This document shows, one piece after another, positions 52,600-62,000 of a stretch of 62,000 nt of DNA. Position numbers and translations under genes: made by a program. The stretch's first letter is position 1; each line of letters begins with the position of its first letter. Below the pieces are notes generated by a model. That model ran no database searches. It was given only the letters and a program-made list of their open reading frames with translations, and was not told the origin of the DNA. This DNA is from Octopus vulgaris (Eukaryota): assembly GCA_951406725.2 (NCBI GenBank), contig OX597815.1:35670001-35732000 (forward strand), written 5' to 3'.

Positions 52600-53711
52600 C
52601 ACACACATATATATGTACATGTATATGTATATATATATATATATAAATTAAAAATACACACACACTCATGTATGCATGTATGTATGTATGTATGTATGTA
52701 TGTATGTATGTATGTATGTATGTGTGTATGTATGTATGTATGTATGTATGTAAAACTTTCCAGAAGTTTATCATTTACGTATATGAGCATGTCTAGACAT
52801 ACAGCTATATGCATGAGAATACATATATAAAGCAAAATATACAAATCTGCTCACACACACACACACATACATACATACATACATACATACATACATACAT
52901 ACATACATACATACATACATACAATCATACATACATACAATCATACATACATACATACATACATACATACATACATACATACATACATACATACATACAT
53001 ACATACATACATACATACATACATACCCTGTTGTTGATATCGAAATGTCAATGAAAGAGCCTTGAATCTAGGTTAGAAGTCGGCTCCTTTTCTATTCGCA
53101 AGAAATCTTGAAATATAACTGAATAATGACATACGTAACATAACATAACACGAACAATTTTATTGATTTCGGACGACAGCTCTCTAACAATCAGGCAAAA
53201 GTTCAGAGTATACAGTGCGTGAATCTTACGTCATCAATTATTCGACAAATAACAAAAATCTTTTCTAAGCAGATGAACAAACATCCGTGAGAAGTTTTTA
53301 AACCGCAAATACTTAATACACAGTAGTAGATAAAAAGGTGCAGTAATTTTTCTGTGAAAATTACGACATAATTATTTTCACTGCTTTTATATTGTAGAAG
53401 TGGGAAAATCTTAACATGAAGGCTAGAATTTCCACGCGCACTCGAATGTATGTATGTATGTATGTATGTATGTATGTATGTATGTATGTATGTATGTATG
53501 TATGTATGTATGTATGTATGTATGTATGTATGTATGTATGTATGTATGTATGTATAAATGTATGTATGTATGTATGTATGTATGTATGTATGTATGTATG
53601 TATGTATGTATGTGTGTGTATGTATGTGTGTATATATATGTTTTTATGTATTAATGTATATGTTTGTACGCACGTATATATCTGTCAGTATATATCTATG
53701 TCTGTCATATA

Positions 53712-53773
<62 letters not shown>

Positions 53774-53871
53774 ATCCAAACATGAAAACACAAAGGGAAA
53801 ACACAACAACGCGAGGACGTGGAACAAATATAGTGTTATGGGACGCGTAGGAAAGGAAAGAAAGAAAGAGG

Positions 53872-53905
53872 ATTTAACGTTTCGAGCGGATCTCTTCGTC
53901 AGAAA
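53872..53905 (-). ncRNA. Short-stem-III hammerhead motif
   Basis: Minus strand GTTT-CTGACGA-A-GAG(ATCCG)CTC-GAAA-CGT-T-AAAT. Confidence 0.62.
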
Positions 53906-54017
53906 CGCAGAAAAAGGAAAAGTCCAGGGGAAATCGCCAACGATACACACGCGGTCACACATATATATATATATATATAAATATATAAATGTATATATAT
54001 ATATATATATGAATATA

Positions 54018-54099
<82 letters not shown>

Positions 54100-54263
54100 C
54101 ATGTATTTGTGTTTATATGTACGTATGCATTTATGTATGTATCTATGTGTTTGTGTGTGTCTATGTATATATACACACACACACATATACATATATACAT
54201 ATTAAATACACAGACACAGGCACACACACATATTTGGAGATTCTACGATCGACGCGTGTCGTA

Positions 54264-54310
<47 letters not shown>

Positions 54311-54327
54311 TATGTATGTATGTATAC

Positions 54328-54380
<53 letters not shown>

Positions 54381-54381
54381 T

Positions 54382-54496
<115 letters not shown>

Positions 54497-54946
54497 TAGG
54501 GTGGGCGAAAAGTCACGCACTAAAACATTTGATATTTAATTTCTATTGCGTTATTGTTAGTGACACTTTCTCTGTCCTCACGTTGAGTTCAAATCCCGCC
54601 TTGACCGACTTTGCCTTTCATCCTCTCAGGGCAAATAAAATAAGTATATATGTATGTATACTTTATTAAAATGCATGTATGTACGTATGAATATATGTAT
54701 GTATGTATGTATGACTGTATGTATGTATGTATGCATGCATGCATGTATGTATGTATGTATGTATGTATGTACGTATGTATGTATGTATGTATGTATGTAT
54801 GTATGTATGTATGTATGTATGTATGTATGTATGTATGTATGTATGTATGTATGTATGTATGTGTATATATATATGTTTTTATGTATATGTGTATATGTTT
54901 GTACGCACGTATATATCTGTCAGTATATGTCTATGTCCGTCATATA

Positions 54947-54986
<40 letters not shown>

Positions 54987-55084
54987 ATCCAAACATGAAA
55001 ACACAAAGGGAAAACACAACAACGCGAGGACGTGGAACAAATATAGTGTTATGGGACGCACAGGAAAGGAAAGAATGAAGGAGG

Positions 55085-55118
55085 ATTTAACGTTTCGAGC
55101 GGAGCTCTTCGTCAGAAA
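55085..55118 (-). ncRNA. Short-stem-III hammerhead motif
   Basis: Core identical to 34132-34166. Confidence 0.68.
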
Positions 55119-55168
55119 CATAGAAAAAGGAAAAGTCCAGGGGAAATCGCCAACGATACACACGCGGT

Positions 55169-55310
<142 letters not shown>

Positions 55311-55472
55311 CATTGATTTGTGTTTATATGTACGTATGCATTTATGTATGTATTTATGTGTTTGTGTGTCTATGTATATATACACACACACACACATACA
55401 TATATACATATTAAATACACAGACACAGGCACACACACATATTTGGAGATTCTACGATCGACGCGTGTTGTA

Positions 55473-55545
<73 letters not shown>

Positions 55546-55602
55546 TATGTATGTATACATATATATATATATATAAATATATATATAAAAAAAAATATAT
55601 AT

Positions 55603-55689
<87 letters not shown>

Positions 55690-56026
55690 TAGGGTGGGCG
55701 AAAAGTCACGCACTAAAACATTTGATATTTCATTTCTATTGCATTATTGTTAGTGACACTTTCTCTGTCCTCACGTTGAGTTCAAATCCCGCCTTGACCG
55801 ACTTTGCCTTTCATCCTCTCAGGGCAAATAAAATAAGTATCAGTCAAGCTCTTGTGCCCATAGTAGAAAGAACTATTATTCTCCATCTCGTTCATTATAT
55901 ACAAGTATGTGTGACTTCATCTTTATTTTATTTATCTTATTCAATTTTAGGAAAATTGAAGCACGATTTTAACAATTCCGGAGTGTATTGAAATTATTTT
56001 GTGCGTGATCTTTTACCAAGCCTGTA

Positions 56027-56375
<349 letters not shown>

Positions 56376-56391
56376 CGAACTATGTAAAGGT

Positions 56392-57560
56392 ATAGTTACT
56401 TTGTGGTTAATACCTTGGACCAATCTATAACGGACTTGCTATTGCCCTTTATCCGTAAATCTAATTCCCTATCTAACTTGTTTAGAATAGAATCTAAGAT
56501 ACTCTTACTAATAATTCCAATTTCCAGCTTTGCTGGGTGAATTAGTCTGCATTTGTGGTTTCTACTAAAATTGGCTTTGTGGTCCATTAGGGTAATAAAG
56601 GGCAGACGTAGGGGAAAGTATTCGATCCTATCACTAACTTTAAGGTTGGTAGCGATTTCGATATTCATCTCTTTATATCAGTTAGTACATACATACATAT
56701 ATACATACATACATACATACATACATACATACATACATACATACATACATACATACATACAAACATACATACAAACATACATGCATGCATGCATACATAC
56801 ATACAAACATACATACAAACATGCATACATACATACATACGTACAAACATACAAACATACATACAAACATACATGCATACATACATACATACATACATAC
56901 ATACATACATACATACATACGTACGTACGTACGTACATACATACATACATACATACATACGTACATACGTACATACAAACATACATACATACATACATAC
57001 ATGCATGCATACATACATACATACATACATACATACATACATACATACATACATACATACATACGTACATACGTACATACAAACATACATACATACATAC
57101 ATACATGCATGCATACATACATACATACATACATACATACATACATACGTCCGTACGTACGTACATACATACATACATACATACATACATACAAACATAC
57201 ATACATACATACATACATACATACATACATACATACATACATACATACGTACGTACGTACATACATACATACATACATACATACATACATACATACATAC
57301 ATACATACATACATACATACATACATACATACATACATACATACATACATACATACATACATACATACATACATACATACATACATACATACATACATAC
57401 ATACATACATACATACATACATACATACATACATACGTACATACATACATAAGTTAGTATTTGCTTTTTTATAAGTGTCTGTAATGTTAGAAAGTAGTCG
57501 TTTGTAAAGATTTTTTTCTACAGCATGGAGGTCTTTTGTTTTGTGGGGCTTCACGAAAAT
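56392..57560 (-). mobile_element. Penelope-like RT fragment interrupted by a ~765-bp (CATA)n tract
   Basis: NLYKRLLSNITDTYKKANTNL, then the tract, then ...PFITLMDHKANFSRNHKCRLIHPAKLEIGIISKSILD, resembling the PLE RT 'ITLKDHK.NF.....CRLINP.KSEIG.ISK' block. Confidence 0.8.
56686..57450. repeat. Long imperfect (CATA)n microsatellite
   Basis: Direct inspection. Source of the 200-300 aa HTYI/MYVC ORFs. Confidence 0.97.
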
Positions 57561-57579
57561 CTTATTCCGTCAAGATAGA

Positions 57580-57606
57580 CTGTGTGTGTTTGTGTGTGTG
57601 TGTTTT

Positions 57607-57655
<49 letters not shown>

Positions 57656-57668
57656 TTGTGTGTGTGTT

Positions 57669-57725
<57 letters not shown>

Positions 57726-57737
57726 GTTTGTGTGTTT

Positions 57738-57771
<34 letters not shown>

Positions 57772-57838
57772 TTGTTTGTGTGTGTGTGTTTGCGTGCGTG
57801 TATGTTTGTTTGTGTGTGTGTGTTTGTGTGTGTGTGTT

Positions 57839-57898
<60 letters not shown>

Positions 57899-57910
57899 TG
57901 TGTGTGCGCG

Positions 57911-57970
<60 letters not shown>

Positions 57971-57978
57971 TGTGTGTG
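57580..57978. repeat. Imperfect (TG)n tract with TTTG interruptions
   Basis: Direct inspection. Confidence 0.95.
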
Positions 57979-58403
57979 CGTAACGACAAAGATTTAAATA
58001 TAAATGTCATAATGCAGAGGAGAAATGATTAAGAAACAATATTTGATTGATTATTAATATGGCCTTTTATTAAGATTGATCGTAATATAAGTCGTTACAA
58101 CATAAAATTAACGACGTCGTCGCGTCATTGTGTGTGCTCAAGTTATTTGTTTGTTGCAGTGATGTATTTTCTGTAGCTTCTCTGCGACTACCGCGCAGAA
58201 AGACAAACGAATAACTGTTTTTATAATTAGAGACACTGATAATTCTATTATCATGCATCACTCTTTGATTAGAGACCGGCCGTTGCCCTTGGTTTGGCGT
58301 CGCATTTACTAAAGAAAAAGACTGCCATAGGTTTTTGTTTTTAGAATGTTGCTAATTAAAATAGGTCAAGCTAAAAACAATAGATTTAAGATTTGCTTGA
58401 CTC

Positions 58404-58446
<43 letters not shown>

Positions 58447-58451
<5 letters not shown>

Positions 58452-58853
58452 TCTTTTACTTGTTTCAGTCATTTGACTGCGGCCATGCTGGAGCACCGCC
58501 TTTAATCGAGAAACTCGACCCCGGGACTTATTCTTTTGAAAGCCCAGTACTTATTCTATCGGTCTCTTTTGCCGAACCGCTAAGTAACGGGGACATAAAC
58601 ACACCAGCATCGGTTGTCAAGCAATGCTAGGGGGACAAACACAGACACACAAACACACACACGCATATATATATATATACATATATACGACGGGCTTCTT
58701 TCAGTTTCCGTTTACCAAATCCACTCACAAGGCTTTGGTCGGCCCGAGGCTATAGTAGAAGACACTTGCTCAAGGTGCCACGCAGTGGGACTGAACCCGG
58801 AACCATGTGGTTGGTAAACAAGCTACTTACCACACAACCACTCCTGCGCCTAT
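58447..58853 (-). mobile_element. SINE family A, full length, short internal microsatellite
   Basis: Near-consensus copy. Confidence 0.92.
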
Positions 58854-60515
58854 ACATACATACATACATAAGTTAGTATTTGCTTTTTTATAAGTGTCTG
58901 TAATATTAGAAAGAAGTCGTTTGTAAAGAGCTGGTCATAAAGAGAAGTCGTTTGTAATGCTGGTCATAAATAAAGTGAGAAGACTCTTTAGTTTAAGTCA
59001 AGACAGCTGTGAGTTTGCAAATATATGAGTTAGTATGTACATACATGAAGGTTCATATGCGGATATCACATCATCTGTGTCCAAACACTTGCGCCCTATC
59101 GTCTCAGTCTGCACAACAACTAAACCGGGATGGTGCTACGTCTACATCGCATCCCAAAAAAGGACCACTCGAATGAATGGAATGAAGTCGTTCATCAACA
59201 CACACCAGTCTTTAACCTTCACACGTACTGGTCTCCATGTTATGCTTTTTCTATCATTATTACAATAGTAATCTTGAAATCTCTCAATGCACATATTTTC
59301 CCCCTTGCAGCTGTCTACTTTTAACTGTCGTTGAAGACTATAGGAACAGTCGCTTTCCAGCCGCCACAAAAACAGCATACGGCTATGCCTGTATTTGACA
59401 AGCTCTTATATAACCAACCAAGAAGTCAACGTCTGTTTGTTGTCATTCACTGTTGTGTATCTGCAACCGAAATTCTTGATTCGCACACAGCCCTGCAAAC
59501 TAGAGCTACAGGTTAGAAACGAATCGCCTCTCGAAATATTGGAAGCACTGTGATTTAATTGGTAGCTTTCTGTTAAGTTTAATTTATCTTGTTATAACCA
59601 AAAGACAAGAATCTTGAACATCCAGGGACTTATGAAACCATCCACACAAACACACACGCACATAATTATACTTTGTCTAATTTTATTGTAAATTTAGCAA
59701 AGTTTTGCGAAAAATAACTTCATTACGTAACATAGATTTAACCAGCTCCGGGGCGATGGAAGACAAAGCTCAACATTCATGCAGGATTTAAAAATCAGTG
59801 TATGGATAAATAAACTAAATTGCTAAGGCACTGAACTGCTGACTTATTGATTACGAGTACAATCCCTCGGTAGATATTGCCTGCAAGACAATTCTACATT
59901 GAATCAGCTCACTTTGCTGTTACCCGGTATTTCTTGGTAAATAACGAACGAGTGAGTAAGATTAGAGTGTTAATCGCCGAGGAATTTGTTGATTGTTTGC
60001 TTGATGTTTAGGAGACCGGATGTAGATATCAGCCCTATTGGCTTGTGGTCGAGTTACTCGCATTGACAAACCGATCTTTCCCATTATATGTAATTAACTC
60101 TTTAGCTTACCCTATCAAATTTAATAATGCTTTTTTATTTACATTGTTTTGATTTAATCCTGCATTTATCTCACAGCTTCGAGATTTTAATGATGTAATT
60201 GTTTTTATTTTTAGAACGACACTGTAGGTAGGTGTGAGAGGCCTGATCTGGTCGGTTTGAACATAAAAGGCTGAATCTGACCAGTTAAAATGCTAGAGGT
60301 ATAAAAGTACTCAGAATCAAATATTTTTGACCATGGGAAAACAACACAACAGAAGTGGAGATATTCGAGCCATTCATTTGACGTTTCGACAAATTAGTCC
60401 GCAACTTTATCGATTCGGCCAACAAATTTCAGTTCTCATAAAAATCCAGTTAATCTGCATGACTGCATTGCATCGAGAATCAAAATCACGAAATTTTCTT
60501 AAGTAGTGTAGTGAT

Positions 60516-60853
60516 ATTCTTTTCTACTCTAGGAACAAGGCCCGAAATTTTGGGGGAGGGGGCCAGTCGATTAGATCGACTCCAGTACACAACTGGTACT
60601 TCATTTATCGACCCCGAAAGGATGAAAGGCAAAAGAGCGTAAAGACAGACGAAATGCCGCTAAGCATTTCACCCGGCGTGCTAACGATTCTGACTGCTCG
60701 CCGCCTTAAAAAATGTGTATATTTTTTTCTACTCTATGCCTGAAATTTGTGGGGAGGCGGCCAGTCGATTAGATCGACTCCAGTACACAACTGGTACTTA
60801 ATTTATCGACCCCGAAAGGATGAAAGGCAAAAGTCGACCTCGGCGGTATTTGA
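60516..60853 (-). mobile_element. SINE B2 dimer inside one TSD
   Basis: TSD AAGTAGTGTAGTGAT at 60501-60515 and 60854-60868. Confidence 0.85.
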
Positions 60854-61483
60854 AAGTAGTGTAGTGATGTCTTAAGTATGTAGTGGATGTAGCGATGGAG
60901 ATAGTAGTGGTATTGGAAGTGGTTGTGATGGTGGTGGTAGTGGTAGTTATAGTAGTAGTGGTGGAAGATGTAGTTGTAGTAGTGATTGTTGATTTTGTGT
61001 AAACCAGGGCAGACCTGATTGATAACACCTATAATCAAAGGCATTCCAGCTACATGAAATGATTATATGCACCAAGTGAGTAGCATAAACACAAAATAGT
61101 ATTAATTGAAATGACCCCTTATTTTAAGTTCTATTATCCATCTTGTAGGTAGTTAAGTTCTTCCTTTGTTGACTTCTAGAAGGACGGATGCAAGAAAGAA
61201 ATATAAAGAGTAAAATAATTTGAACAAGTAGAGAGGCTGAAAGTTGTGTAGTCGCACGCTGACAAGTCATACATGAAGTGAGAAAAATAGAGATGTGGTC
61301 TTTTTGGTCAGGGGCCAAGTGAAGGAGGTAAGAACCGAATTTGGGTTCCTTACTTATATTTTCTAACGAAATTAGGTCAGGCTAAATAAAGGATTTGGAT
61401 CTTTACCTTTTGACCTACAGATTTAAATAATAATTTTTTGTAACTAAACACCTTCAAACTCCGTATAGTGGTAGAATGTGTCA

Positions 61484-62000
61484 TATAAAACACCATTACC
61501 TCTTAGCGTTTTTGAGAAAAGTTTATGTTTACAAAGTTATTTCGTGTTGAAATTCTCGTATTTCGCTAATTTCAACCAATCAATGACGTGTATTCAGCTG
61601 AATAAAATTACTACCGTTGTTTGTCAACAACAACTATCGGCGGCGTATTTTTCATTTGTCACTGTTATTTATGACATTGTTCGTGCGTTTGTACTGGTTT
61701 TAGCTTTAAGGTTTTAGGATTAGGGTTAGGGTTTTAGGGTTAGGGTTAGGTTTTTAGAGTTAGGGTTAAGGTTTTAGGGTTAGGGTTTGGGTTTTAGAGT
61801 TAGGGTTGTAATAAATAACAGTGACAAACGAAATATGCACCGCCGGAAGTTCTTGTTGACAAACAACAGCAGTAATTTTATTCAGCTGAATACACGTCAT
61901 TGATTGGTTGAAATTACCGAAATACGAGAACTTCAACACGAAATAATTTTGTAAACATAAACCTTTCTCAAAAACACTAAGAGTAAATGGTATTTTTATA
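61484..62000. mobile_element. Foldback element with ~190-bp inverted arms and a telomere-like core; truncated by the window end
   Basis: Arms at 61484-61676 and 61807-62000. The core has degenerate (TTAGGG)n/(TTTTAGGG)n at about 61710-61806. Confidence 0.88.

Noticed and set aside
59035-59520. Short ORFs and an acceptor-like TTTTCCCCCTTGCAG at about 59310
   Set aside because: All frames after the acceptor close within 30 codons, with no recognisable product.
61700-61810. True chromosome end
   Set aside because: The repeats are degenerate, short and enclosed by inverted arms, with sequence continuing beyond them.

Overview
AT-rich, microsatellite-saturated animal genomic DNA. The SINE repertoire looks like Octopus/cephalopod DNA (my recognition, not database-checked). 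Most of the window is repeats: tRNA-derived SINE families, LINE relics (CR1/L2-group, L1/Tx1-like, RTE, HERO-like, Dong/R4-like), Penelope-like pieces carrying short-stem-III hammerhead motifs, Helitron, mariner and MITE pieces, and many SSRs. One CR1/L2-group LINE ORF2 (15676-18900, minus) is uninterrupted. I can support only one host gene, an intronless 208-aa ORF at 22307-22933 (+). Its protein has two PKI-like PKA pseudosubstrate motifs (RRNAL), a PKI-spaced nuclear export signal, an RRLS PKA site and a C-terminal PDZ-type motif. It lies downstream of a CRE + CArG-like + TATA + Inr promoter and upstream of an AU-rich 3' region. I infer a cAMP-inducible negative-feedback inhibitor of PKA; this is the top candidate system. 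Nearly all other ORFs in the track are microsatellite or SINE artefacts. Repeat boundaries are approximate unless a TSD or TIR is quoted.
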